DNA of 64,000 nucleotides from NCBI GenBank assembly GCA_002633005.1, contig NMRA01000190.1, positions 434,001 to 498,000 of the forward strand. Direction: 5' to 3'. The notes under the pieces are model-generated. The model saw nothing but the letters and a program-made list of their open reading frames with translations. It ran no database searches and was not told the origin of the DNA. The translations under genes were made by a program, and so were the position numbers. Source of the stretch: Phoronis australis. Taxonomy: Eukaryota; Animalia; Phoronida. Below are positions 24,338 to 37,400 of this stretch, piece by piece; within the stretch, counting starts at the first letter, position 1, and each line of letters begins with the position of its first letter.

Positions 24338-24470
24338 GGGGATATCACTGAGTCATGGGGATATCACTGAGTCATGGGGATATCACTGAGTCATGGGGAT
24401 ATCACTGAGTCATGGGGATATCACTGAGTCATGGGGATATCACTGAGTCATGGGGATATCACTGAGTCAT
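24338..24470. repeat. 19 bp perfect tandem repeat x7 (ggggatatcactgagtcat)
   Basis: Seven identical units, each containing TGAGTCA. Confidence 0.97.
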
Positions 24471-26664
24471 TAGACTCGAAAAGGAAGTTAGTTGGCAATT
24501 CTTTGACATGGCCAAAATATGATTTCGTACTCATATGTACACAGGTAACATGAGAGCTTATGTCTAATGTTACAGTTGTGTTCATACATGTAGTTGACAT
24601 GGAAGGGACAACTGGGCACAAGATGCTGTACCTCAAAAAATGGTGACATAACTGACACCACTGTAACAACTCATTCTGTGTCAACTCTTGTTTGCCCCAT
24701 CCTGTCATCTTATTCCATGATAACTTTGCTCGTGTCCTGAAATGTGACTTAAGCCACAAAATCGCTGGCACTTCAATAATTCACCATTGGTACAAGGCTG
24801 ATACGAAAACCTCTGACAAAGCTACATGTAGTGTGAATGTCATTCCCTGCAAACTTTGTCTCCAGTGCAAAATATAGAAAATAACAGAAATAATACTTAG
24901 GGCGGCGATACGGACACAAAAAATAGTTGCATGACAAAAAATCAATACCAGTAATGATTAATTAGCAAAACAGAATGCAGTTTAAACTGAGATCCTATAA
25001 AGCTCTTGAAAGAATGGGAGGAAGGAATGGGAGGTACATGTAATTACCGCAGCAACTAGTATCTTAGATAGACTTAGGTGTCCTTGTAAGTACGGGCTTG
25101 AAGGCAAAGGGAAAAGTATACAGTACAAGGCTGATAGTATGTAGCAAGTTCAGTAGAATCACATAACTTTCTACAAGATGTTGTTATGGATTTCAAGCAA
25201 ACCATGTATTTTTTGCAAACACATGTACCATTTTCTGTCCAACTAGTGCCAACCACTACAGGTCCCTTTGAATCAATAAGACTGTTCACTTCAGGCTGTC
25301 AATCAATCGCAAATGACAACCCAGCTTTGATTGATGGGCGCAACAACAACATACCTACCTTATTCATGATGTAATACACATGAAATGTAATCAATGATTT
25401 CATGAGTTATCAGAACCATTTACAACATACTATAACTTATATATCTTATGTGTAGCTCAAAGGCTATGAATTTGGGAAAGATCCTCCGCTCCATTTATAA
25501 GGATACGTAACCCTGTTTTGATGATTTTCATCAATCCTCGCTTTGTCACCTGCTAATGCATCACAGGCGTCAATCTTCCAAGTTAAATGTAGAAATCACA
25601 CCAAAAACTCATGCTCCCTATGGCAGAGATTGGACATTGTGGTCCTTGGTGGGTGGTCTTTTCTCACAGTTGGGTGGAATTCCCTAAAAGCTGAAGTCAG
25701 GCTTGCCAGTTTAGCAGACTTTGAAAGGAGTTTTCAAATTATACTCCAAACTTTTGAGGGTTGTGGAGCTAGTTACAGACCATTATTTTGTTTCAGAGAA
25801 CTGGGTGGGATTAAAAAGTCATTTTTCGTATCTGTTAATAGGCCAAAACCAAGTCTGGTGTCCTTTTAAGAAGCAAACTTTTGATTTAGAATACCAACTG
25901 TTATCAAACTCAGGTCTCAACTTATTCCTTACTCAGATTAGAAGTGGTTTCTGCGTTTGCAAAGAACGGACAGTTCGGTATTTATTCAGAGCATGCTCAG
26001 CATATAACATGCAGTGCCCACGGCCAACGAGCTGTTTAAGTTCTTTCGAAGTCCTGAGAGCACCTCTAATTTGATCAAGGGCCAATTTCGGTACGAATTT
26101 CGTAAGGGTAAGTGGTCTAAAACAAAACTTGGTGTTGCGATGGTCGGAGGGCTCAAAGGTCGCTTTAAGTTTTCTTTATTGCTTTATCAAGGCTTTGTTA
26201 AAGTTGTAAGTTTTGTGATTCCCAAAGCACATGCCTACAAACTTCAATAGTCCACACTTTGCTACACCATTGTTAGCCATCTGTGGTTGGATGCATTGTT
26301 CACAAAGATAATTAATGCTCTGCATTGACACCTCCAGGTTTTACTGTATTCATTGTCAATAATGCTGGTTACTGCACCTCACTTTACCTGGGTACCTGGC
26401 TAGTCAATGTTCAATATTCAATATTTCTGGACAGGCATTGATTTGACTGGGCAATTTTCCATTTTTCAAAGACTCAAATTAGGGGAATAGGATAGTCAAA
26501 ATTTTGCCCAAGTTTTATCAGAAAATAGTCAACGATGAAGCCAAGTTTTCTCAACGTTTATTTTCGCTATGAAATTTGACAAAATAAAATTTCTTGTATG
26601 CTGAATTGAGGATTGTTTACTGTATTACACAATCCTAAAATTACCCCGATACCGAATGGTACTG

Positions 26665-27045
26665 CAGGGTATAATGGAAGTATTATGGAATTATAATGTT
26701 TACTATAATTATAATGTTATAATATCCAGAAAAGCTATATACTGCCCAGTAGAAGTATAATGGAATTACAATGCCCAGTGCAACTATAATTTTGTTATAA
26801 GATCGGTTAGGACTATAATGGAATAATGTCCAGTGTAACTATAATGGTATATCCCATGGGACTATGACATAACAGTCATGGTAACAACAAAGGCATTACC
26901 AGAGTGCACTGGAACTATACTGTGATATTATAGTGTCACACATAACTAAGTGCAATTATAATGGCCAACAAGGGGATTATTTATACCCATTTTAATGTCA
27001 TGCCATTTACTGAGTACCTATAATGACATTATAATGCCTAGCATA
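26665..27045. repeat. Degenerate low-complexity tandem region rich in (t/c)tataatg
   Basis: Recurrent tataat/ttataatg/actata words. Confidence 0.55.
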
Positions 27046-27217
27046 GGTAGGTAATCTTGATATTCCGCGATAACAGAATACAAATGGAATTCACATCTTT
27101 CAGTAGTAGATGTAATTCAAATACTTTGGTTGATCTTATTACTACATATGACAAATTTCCTATCATTTGCAGAAAAATGATAATTTTTTAGTGAAATGAA
27201 TGAATACCTTATTTAGC

Positions 27218-28040
27218 ACAAGAGCCGTACAAGGTGTTGAAATGCACCCACGACTGCAATGCAAACAGTATGCTTTCTAGAGATGTCTGTCAGTACCACA
27301 AAAATGGCCACTAGGTGGCACAGAAAACATTGAACATTGTAGGCTCCCTAACACAAGACCTGCCTACCCAAAAATTGATATTTCAGTACTATTACCAACT
27401 TTTTCCGTATATTCTTACACACAAACATGTACACAGGTGCATAAAAAGCATTGTCAGCAGATTCCAATCCAAACACAAATCAACCAAATTAATTTCAGCA
27501 AAGGTAACTTTTTACGAAGCCAGCACTTTCTTTCCAAAAAACACTCCACTGGATTCTTTCAAGAAATAGACACGTTTTTGAAATCACGTGACTCTACCAG
27601 TGATTCCGACCACCATGTGTGCAATTGATAACCCAGATATGAAAAACTAAACCACATCAGTTAGTCTTCTCAGCAGGAATACATTTTGGTTTCCTTCAAG
27701 GGAATTGGTGGATATAAAGGTAGACTCAAAAAAACATGGAAAAACAATAAAAATGAAAATAGGCAGGTCAAAAAATGTCATATCCATTCAAAAATGAAAA
27801 GACATCGTCATCTTAATATATACTTACATTACCAAATTTCATGAAAATACATCCCATAACTCGACGCAGAAGGTTAACATAAAAACTAAAATTACCACAA
27901 GAGCGCAAACCTTCAGTTGGATCCATCTTACAGTCATTGTCATCTCTTGTGAGTTCCATAGAAATACTACAGCACAAAGATCCTGCAAGGGGTTTAGGAT
28001 GTATCAGCCAGGTTTGCCAGATGGACAGACGTCAGGCATT
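27218..28040 (-). mobile_element. Degenerate HINE-like (Helentron-associated) element, same family as 41718-43457
   Basis: Shares the terminus acaagag...ttgaaatgcacccac, the segment aaagatcctgca..ggtttagga, and one ccactaggtggcac motif. Confidence 0.6.
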
Positions 28041-28070
28041 GGCAAAGATGATGACAATATGCGACCACAT

Positions 28071-28114
28071 GCATGCACGCACACGCACGCACACACACAC
28101 ACACACACACACAC
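28071..28114. repeat. (CA)n microsatellite
   Basis: Directly visible. Confidence 0.9.
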
Positions 28115-29169
28115 AAATACATATGCATATGCGCGCATATAAAAGTTACTGTCAAAACACAGAACAAAGCATTTTTTACACCTGAAGGTGTAATTTCTTA
28201 TAACTGGTTCATAAAATTCCTCCTACACTAAATTTGATAAGCATGAAATTATGGAGTCAACCACACTAATAAAGACCATTAGCAGATTTCTTAGCAAGAA
28301 AGCCAGCTCTCAAAACTTTAAAAACACCTTTTTAAGGTATCTCAACTTCAAGAGATCTTCCTCCATGAATGTGATGAAAGCCCTAATAAATAAATAACCT
28401 ATCATTGGACCTTTCCTCCAGTCTTTTGGAGCGCCTTTATTGTGGCAACCATTTGTGCACGTTAAGATATTTAATTAATGGCCTTCAAATGCAGCAGAAT
28501 CAATAGGTTAAGCATATTGACTACGCACATCAATCCCATTGGGCCTACATCGTGCAGAGAACAGTAATCTTTTACACTAACTTACAACATGTTCATATCG
28601 ACCCCATTCACTAATTGTCGCTAATGGGTTTATATTAAGATCAACTGGAAAATCAGTGACGCGTGGGTACAGTTTCGACAAGTCACGCTCTAGTGTCAAA
28701 TCAAGCTATATTTACATACTACAGATATAAATAACTCTTCTGTTAAAGTCTAGAATTCCTTTTCCATTCATCAACTGTGCTCAAAGAAATCTGACTATAA
28801 TGCTTTTGGACTATGTAATAAACATTCAAAAAACAACATCACTTTACATGTCAAAGACAGACTAATTAATTAGTTCTCGACCAAGAGAAAAAGAAATGAG
28901 TGCCTGCGTGTAATTCACAAGTAGTGGCCTTTAAAGTGTACACGACATGACTCTAGTACCTCAAAATAAATTTTATTATTATATCTCACTTGATTTCAGA
29001 GCCTTTAGTACTCAGCTCATAAAGAAACACACAAAAATTGGAAAAAAATAATTCTGTACAACGTCAAGGGTTGAACCCAAGTCGTTCGCCATACTGTTCG
29101 GATCAGAGACAAAGTGTATACAGTGAAGTGAAAGCAAAGTATTTTAGCGTCGAGAAGGTTTGTAGAGGG

Positions 29170-29430
29170 ATGAAAAAAGGTGTTTGCGGAGGCTGCAGCA
29201 ACAGCAGCCAGACGGAGAATGTCTCGGTGTTCCAAAGTACACTAAAGTTGCGCAGAAGTGGCATCGCTTCGTGCGCCAAACGAGAGTGTGGGACCTCAGA
29301 GTGGACCAAGTGATTCGGTCCGGGGCCACTCTGTGTTCTGCCCATTTTGAGGACTCGTGTTTCGACTTCAGTCAGTGAGGAGACGTTACGATGAAGGCCT
29401 GGTTCATTAAAGGACAATACCAGTATTTAC
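29170..29430 (+). pseudogene. Frameshifted THAP zinc-finger (transposase N-terminus) remnant
   Basis: MKKGVCGGCSNS...VSVF, then a frameshift into PKYTKVAQKWHRFV...W...LCSAHFEDSCF, which fits the THAP C..C..P..W..LCSxHF pattern. Confidence 0.75.
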
Positions 29431-29450
29431 CATTCAGAAACATCGGCTCT

Positions 29451-29699
29451 TTATTCACGATCGTCCGTTGGATGACTGGGTTGACTCACCCAGACCGAGG
29501 CCGATTCTCTCGCGGGAGGTTCCAGTTCGTAAAGCCTCAAAGTAGAAAAGTACGATGCCGGAAGCACATCAAACTCGTTCTCGCTTTCGTGCAACCCCAT
29601 TTCCTTATCCTGACCACCATTCCCATACGTTTCTTCATAGTATTCGTTCAATTCTTGCTCATAATCGTCGTCGCCTTCAAATTCCCTACTCTCTGCCAT
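29451..29699 (-). pseudogene. Truncated acidic ORF, putative KolX/Nanor-like N-terminus
   Basis: An acidic N-terminus is followed by LRLYELEP, resembling the PYxFEP motif that precedes the cysteine-rich domain. That domain is missing here. Confidence 0.4.
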
Positions 29700-31039
29700 T
29701 GTTCAATGCTAGTCACTGATCTCTTGCGTTCAACCCATGACGTCACATGGCGGGAAATGTGAAAATTGGCAAAATTGAAAGAAAAATCAAAATTTCGAGC
29801 TAATTACACAAAACAAACATGGATTTAGCTAAAGTTTACGTCATACATTTAGTCTGTGGCCACCGATAATTCACAATGTGCAAAAATCCATGGTGTGTAC
29901 TGTTTAAGTTCTTTTTTCGATTCCAGTCAATGTTATTTTTTCTTTTTTTTAAACTCTTCCCTTTTTCATTGTTTGGACTACATGTCTTGATTCTGCTGAG
30001 CTTCATGTCAACATATACCATGATTTCATGTATAACTGGAACTTTTTCGACTACCCCTTGAGAACAGTCGACTGTGCCAGATTTATGGAGCCCAAAGAGG
30101 CAAGTGCACCAGCCTGCCCTTCCAAGAGAAAACCGCATCTGAGAGGGGGTTCCATAATACGAAAGGCATGGTGCCTAAATATTCTAATGCTGAGGCTGTG
30201 AGGTAAAAGAGAGACAACTGATTCCATTACTGTAGCCTCATCCATGGGTGGCACCTTGAGAAGGATGTAAATCGAAAATCAGGAAATGGGCAGCCATGGA
30301 TGCCATCAAGAGTTGAGATTTACATTTATATTGAAAAAACAGAAAAAGAGCGACAGATGGCTCCATTATCTCTCAGCAGAGAGAGGAACAAGTGTAGAAA
30401 TGATACAGCTTTGCCTAAAATATGAAAAATCTGTACACAACAAATTTTCAAAGTATGTTTGAAAACTAGTGTGTTTTTAAGTGAGCACAAATAGAACATA
30501 TAGTAATGTTTAAAAAATGAAGCTCGTAACAACCATGGTTGTTGACAATGGAGTCTCAAATTTTTTCTTCTTTATTCTCAACTGTTCCACCCCCTCCCCC
30601 ACGCCTGTGTTGGTGGCCAAGAACGTTTCACATTCACACCTGCTAATTATTGAAGTCATATGTTCTTCTACCCCTCAGTGCCTAAATCACTGTTTAATGG
30701 GGGGGACACTGACCCCAACTTCATGAGTGGTTGGGTGCTCGCCATCACCTACTTATCCGCTTCCTATACCTACGTTTAATTTCATAACTTTAGTGTCAAT
30801 CAAGTGTGGTTGCCATGCTGTTGACGTATCACCAATGAGAAATTCCAAACTAGACTTTGCTACTAATTTTATCACCAGTTTTCAATTACTAACCTTTATA
30901 TCAAGAAAAAAGAAAGTCATTTAGGAACAGAGTCTACCCAAGGTTCTTTGCATTTAAGATGGTTTGATTGTGCCAAGTTTTTCAACACAAATGAAGTAGA
31001 AAGTCTGACCTACATGATCATTATTGTTGGGAAAAATAA

Positions 31040-31428
31040 GCGAAAGAAATCCTTCACTCCTGTAAGCAAAGACTACGCCGACACTGATTCTGTGGGTGAT
31101 GAGCTTCATTGTGTTTGATTGTTCTCTTTTTAACTCACGGAGATACATTCTATTTTAAAATGTTTCACTTCAAGTCCTGAACTTTGCAGATTTCAGAAGA
31201 TTAGATACTTAAAACTGTTGTTTCAGCATTTCCCTGGGCAATTTGCCAAATATATCAAGCTTGCTTTTGAACTCAGAAACCATCGCATTTGTGGTACATT
31301 TGATTTATGTGGTTAAAGCGACTGATAGGCCCAACTGGGTTGGGTACTTATCTTTCTTATGAATGTTATATCTATTACTACTTGAATTAATTGTATTTGT
31401 CACTATAATAAATAAATACATACATACA
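31040..31428 (+). mobile_element. Degenerate 3' end of a non-LTR retrotransposon (CR1/L2-like)
   Basis: A frameshifted GDELH..FDC..F..RR zinc-knuckle-like motif, then aataaataaa and a (taca)n tail. Confidence 0.4.
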
Positions 31429-34400
31429 ACAGTGAAACGTTGCAGGTAACATTAAGTTAATAATTGTTCATATTTAGACTTAACGATTACTTTCATTAGT
31501 AAGAAATGAACTGTTTGAACAAATTAATGAAATCGACCTGAGCTGAGAATCCTGAGGCATGACAGGAAATACGGCTTTTGATAAAACAAGACCCTCAACA
31601 GTGGAAACTATATTGGATAAAGGTCAAGATTTGATCACCTGAACAAAACTCTAAGGTGATCTATTAATGATCTTTGGCCACCAAACAACTCAATATATCA
31701 ATACATTTGTTATTATTGGACCAGCCAACACAGTGCAGCCTCTATGTGTGTGTGTGTGATTCAAACACTTGAGTCACAATGGTAAATATGTGAATAAAAT
31801 GCTATTGATCATATGTGGACTGCAATTACACAGGGTAGAGACTGACATTGGGAAAGTCAAGTGTAGTATTACAGTACAGGACAAAAGTAATCAGACAAAA
31901 TACAATTTCCTGGTCATTACAGCTAATTATGTTTACAGCAAAAATGACTGATAATGACCGTTAGAGTGGCAAAATTCTAATTACAGCGTGGCTTAGCCAC
32001 CTTTTAAACTTTTCTGTTAACTCCCTACCAGCTTCTGTGGAGAGGGAAAGCTATTCTGGTGATGAATTCGGGGAATTCCACGTCATTTTTGTCTGTACCA
32101 TGTACCATACCAATGATCATCTAAAAGCAACCACATAATTATGTAATCCTAAGGGGTTATCTTTCACAGAAAAGAAAAAAATCACGCTAAATGAAGATAA
32201 CAGAGGGAACAATCAAATTTTGTTTTGTCAAAATTTTAATCAAAATTAGATGGGTAGAAAAGTTTACGTCATTATTGTACAGTTTTAAGCGTATTTTATG
32301 ATGCAGTGGGCTTTTGAAAAAGGAACAAATGACAACTTTGGCACATATGGTCATTTACATTTAAGGGAACTTTATCGGGTCTGCACATTAGAAAACCAGA
32401 CCAACGCAATAACCAGTCAACCAGTCGAGCGAAAAAGTGGGTACTCAAGGCAAATGATAAAGAGCTCAACATGATACAATAACAGGCTGATCCTAGTGTA
32501 CTTTTCTGTAACTGCAAATTACACTCTAATTTAGCTGGAGCCAGCCCAAATAACATTAAGCCAGTTTCACAGTAGAGAGAACTGTTGTACTGAAGTAATT
32601 ATGAAGCGGTGGGCAGCGTTGACTTTGATGTACCCGCAAAGGTGGAACCAATCCACTATCTTAGGTTTTGTAGGTATATTAATAGCAACTGCCCTGAAAC
32701 GGGACACTGCCTGATAATTACAAAAGGCAAGTTTTTCAACTCTTTCTTAAAATAAACACAGATAGCACTAGCACTGGTTGCCATGGATACATGGAGGACT
32801 AAGGTTCACAAAATGAACAGAAGCACCAAGAAAAAAGATGAACAGAATAACAAAAATGTTGACCACAGAAGGTGATATCAAATAATTTCTGCCTCCAAGC
32901 TCAAACTGGCAGAGGGAAAACCCACCGGAACTAGTACTCTGATCTCAGACTTGACTCAAAACTTGAAATTTAAAATGACACGTCGCATGATTAGAGTACA
33001 AATTTAAATCGTGCAGTGCAATTGCTCAATTTTTGTGTCTAGTTTTGAATATACGGATTACACTCCGAGATCTGAAATTTGTTGAGAAGGTGCAATCAGT
33101 CTTTGAGAATAGTACATTGTCATACCATTATTTTAAGATACTAAATACACTTTCTGATAATTTCTAGCTCGTCACACAGGATTTTTTGGCATCAAACGCA
33201 AAGTTTAGCAAATGACCAGTAATGTTTATTCAATCAAAAGACTTTCATTGCAATATTCTTTAAACATTAACATACATATGTTTCTGATGACAACCTTCTA
33301 CAATGGCCAGATATATTTGGAAATGTTTTCCCTTGAAGTTTTATTTTCAGCACGGGGAAACCCCATAAGTAGTGTCTAAAGCGTTAAGTTAATAGTCTTT
33401 GGTACAGCAGGAGTACCCTAGTTCTTCAGTTCTCAGACATTAGGCCCAAAGGGAACATTCATGAAATTCCCTTTAATACTTATTTAAACGTTATCGATTG
33501 GTTGAACACTTAAGTTCCATATCTAGAGCGTCTACATCTGATGTTTTACAAAATCGCTAAAATGTTAACTAAATTACAACGACAAGATAATTTACAGCCA
33601 CTAACGGAGAACCAACTATAAAGATAGTAAGTAACTGGATGTTTTGAACTGACATGAGCTCCAGTTTATACACAAAATACTGGGTCAGATCTGTGTAATT
33701 ATTGATAACCTGTGAGATCGCATAACATACAATCAAGTGGGAAAATAACGCTCGAGTGGCGCAAAATTTTGTTAGACTTTTTATTCCTCAGAGAGTACGA
33801 AACTAAAAAATTATTGTTTGAGACAAGACTGCAAGCTGAGTTGCCATGTCGCATCGATTTATTTGCCAGGCATGGACTTTCAGTTCCTTAAAAGACCAAA
33901 ACTCACCTATCATCTGTATACGAACATGTTCTGATCAATTAAGGGATCTAAATGAAAAATTAATTTCTTATCGGAATGTGGGTTTTGCTGCCAAATTAAA
34001 ATGAAAATAAAACAACTTCACAAGGTTTAACCCACTAAAAATATTGCCTTAACTCCCCCTTGGGCACAGTGCTTAAAGTCGAAAGCAGCAAGAGATAACA
34101 CGGATTGTTTCAAAAAATGATTTAATCATGTTTGCATCGACTAAAACTAGGTAATTTCCACAGTAATAACTTTCATTTTATCCCTATCATTTACATTGAG
34201 GATTACAACTGTTTTAACTGAAAGTTCCACTGTTTTAGCCACCAGAGGTCAGCGTCATTGGATTTATTCCATATGCATAATAGGTTATAACTGTGGAAAC
34301 TGCTCACTAAACCAACAATGCAGAGAGTTATAATTACCCAACACTAATATCATTTACAACTGCTTTTTGACTGTTCACACCTTTGAAAAAGGGTTTAAAA

Positions 34401-37400
34401 TGTAAGTAATCACTTGGACAAATTTTGCTTCAATTGCGCTGCCATTACACTTGCCAGGGTATCAAAACTTCTATCCAGACTTCTACACACTAGATGCTTA
34501 AAGTGGCAAGTCAAGATGATACAGTGCGAATTTTACACAGAAGAGTCCTCTAGCTTTTGTTGTCTTTGTATTCAATAATCAGTATTACATCGAATGAAAA
34601 CCCTCATCGAAACAGTTCGATTTTGGGTTAAATTTCGTTATAGTTGTGTTAACATGAATGGACGTGCCTAATACATAAACATGTCACGACACCCTGCCAC
34701 GCCTGTTTCACTTTGCTTTCAGAATGGGGTGATCAAAGCCCAAATTTGGCTCTCAGAACTATGAGAAAAGACAAATTGTTTGGAAGTAACCTTTGTTCAG
34801 TGCAATGAGAGTCTGCGGATGAAGGTATCAATTTCAACGTGATCATTTTTAAAGTGCTGCAAAGGACATTAAGAGGGTGTGAACACATGATCTGGTTTTG
34901 GCAACTTTTTAAAAAAAGCCAGCCAGCCGCGTGTGATCGAAGGAACAACGGTATTCGAAAATCTCGAATATTTCAAAAAGTAGACGACATAGCGCAAAAT
35001 GAAAATTATCATCTGAAAGCCCGTTCAAATCTCTATCTAAAGGGGTAGTTTGGCAAAAATCCAAAAAATTTTCGAGAAAATTGAAAATTTGCCGTTTTTT
35101 TTGAAATTCAAAGTCAAATAACTCGAAAACGGTAAGTCTGAGAAATACGCTCTCGCGGACTTTTTGAAAGGCCATACTTCAAGGAATCCACATGCAAAAA
35201 TTCACGTCATTTGCTCTTCCCATAAAAAATGCGACACCAGAGCGACTGAAACCGTGTGAACATGCCCCACAGCCGCCATATTGAAGGTGACTTCCGGTCA
35301 GGCCTTCATGCAGCGTACGTCCTGGGCGTCCATTTGGACGCCCTAGCACTAATGTAGACGCCCTGGCAAGGACGCCCAATGTATCATTTGGACGCCCTGT
35401 CAATCAGAATTTCTCCAGTTTGGACACCCACATTGTAAGATTACTAAGACTCCCAGTTAATCAAAGAGAGAAGTTGGCCCTTTCAACTCAGAAAGAAATA
35501 TACAATGTATTTCAAATGTTGCAATGTTCAAACTATTTTCACAGTATTTAGTAGACCTGTCAATCATTANAAAAAAAAAACTTGCTGTCAGACCAACATA
35601 CTTGACGGAATTCGAAGAATTCCGCCAAGTAATAATCAGTGAAGTAAAAAAGGGCAAAAAGTGTCATGTCGCCGTACTCTGGTAGTCTGAGAGTTTCTGC
35701 CATCTTGGATCAATACCCTTGCTTCAGTTCTCATTGGGATATTACATTGGATCAAAAGTTATGACTGGAAAATCAACAATTAACCTCTGTAACTAGAACG
35801 CACGTGATCAATATGCTAATCTGAATGGTTCACGGATACTATGGCATGAGCTTCAGATTTTGAAAAGTTAACTTTTGTTGAAATTTGCTGGTTTGAATAC
35901 ATGTACTAGTGTAATTGAATACTGTTCACTGCCACATTGTTCATAATTATCTTAGTTTGGAGTCGCAGGGCATGGCGAAACCACTTTACAGCCTTATTAC
36001 AGGGAGGACTCTTACCCACAAAGTGGGGGCTTAAGATTTCACAAAAATACTGTTTTAAAAAATATAGCAGCAAAATATGAGAGGGTTTCACTTTCATACA
36101 AGTTGTTGTTTTCTAGTAAAATATACGGCTTTCGAAAAGGCTGTAACTAATAATTGGAGGACAGTTCGTTGTCGTGCAACCAGTCAAAACTCATGGTCAC
36201 CGGAGCAAAAGAATTTGACAGTGTTGTGAATGACATGAATAGATTCGTCTTGGCTCCTAGTTTCAGGAAATATATATTTTTAGTTACGTAGATAGTTCAA
36301 GAAGACAACATTAGAATCAGGGGTACATGTAGCCTTAACAGAACATTCTCAAAATACGGGGGAGGGCGCATACTTGAGCTGTGGGCATTTAATTGAAAAT
36401 TTTCAAAAGTAGGGGATGGTAAGTCAAGGTGCATTCACACTATGTTAAAAATGCATGACAACATACTGTGTAAGCAGTCATATACACTACTGCAAAATGA
36501 TAAACCAAAACAAAACCAGACTTCACATTGAAATAAAAATGGAAACATTCCCTTTTAATGTACACTCCAGAACTCTCACTGATATGAAATAATTGGCAAC
36601 TTGAGTACAATGACATAAGATGATACACAAAAGTAAAATCTATCTGGGAAAAGAAACGCTCATTAAAAACTTGGCAAGTATTGATTGTAAAATCAATCCG
36701 CGATGGACCATCAAGATTATGATAATACCCCTCGTTAGTACGTAAGACTTCTGCCATTTTGCATTCAAAACCTTTTTGATGCTAGCTAAATCTCCCAAAT
36801 CACCAAAGTTTTGAGCCACCAGCCAGCTTTATGAAAAGACTCGCCACCACCAAAAATGATTATTTTGTTAAAGTTACATTGCCTTTCTGACACTCAAAAT
36901 GGCATTCAACCTTCAGTCATGAAGGAATTCCAACTAGTGCGAACACAATGAACATTGACACGACACAAAAATCCAATTCCAGAAGAGCTTCAACTGTAAC
37001 CAGAGCCCATTCATTGATGACTCATGACACCGGTGTACTGTCCAATTAAAGCTTACGGGCATTTTTGTAAAATTTTCATACGCCAATACTATTTCCCATT
37101 TTTTTTTAAAAATTGCCCTTCAACGAACTTTTCAACACTGACAATACAACCTTGGTATGAATATACCTTCATACCAAATGTATTTTTACACGCCTACTTT
37201 AACAGAACAAACCATACCACACTGATAAGGTACAACTTCTTAATATTTGTTTTTATAGAGAAATTTTGATAGAATAAAATTCCATTTTCCACCATATGCT
37301 ATATAGGAGAGGAATTGCACTAATACACCGACCTGAGTCTACCTTAAATTCCAGTCAGTGCCGCCAACTACAGAGTTCACTATCGACCGACGCACTTGTC

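Larger units (their letters stand above)
28935..29903 (+). mobile_element. Kolobok-like DNA transposon, internal-deletion derivative
   Basis: TTAA on both sides, imperfect 15 bp TIRs (11/15), a frameshifted THAP domain on +, and a convergent acidic ORF on -. Confidence 0.65.

Noticed and set aside
25543-26250. Chain of three overlapping plus-strand ORFs suggesting a frameshifted gene
   Set aside because: No recognisable domain or motif in any frame, and the starts are non-ATG.
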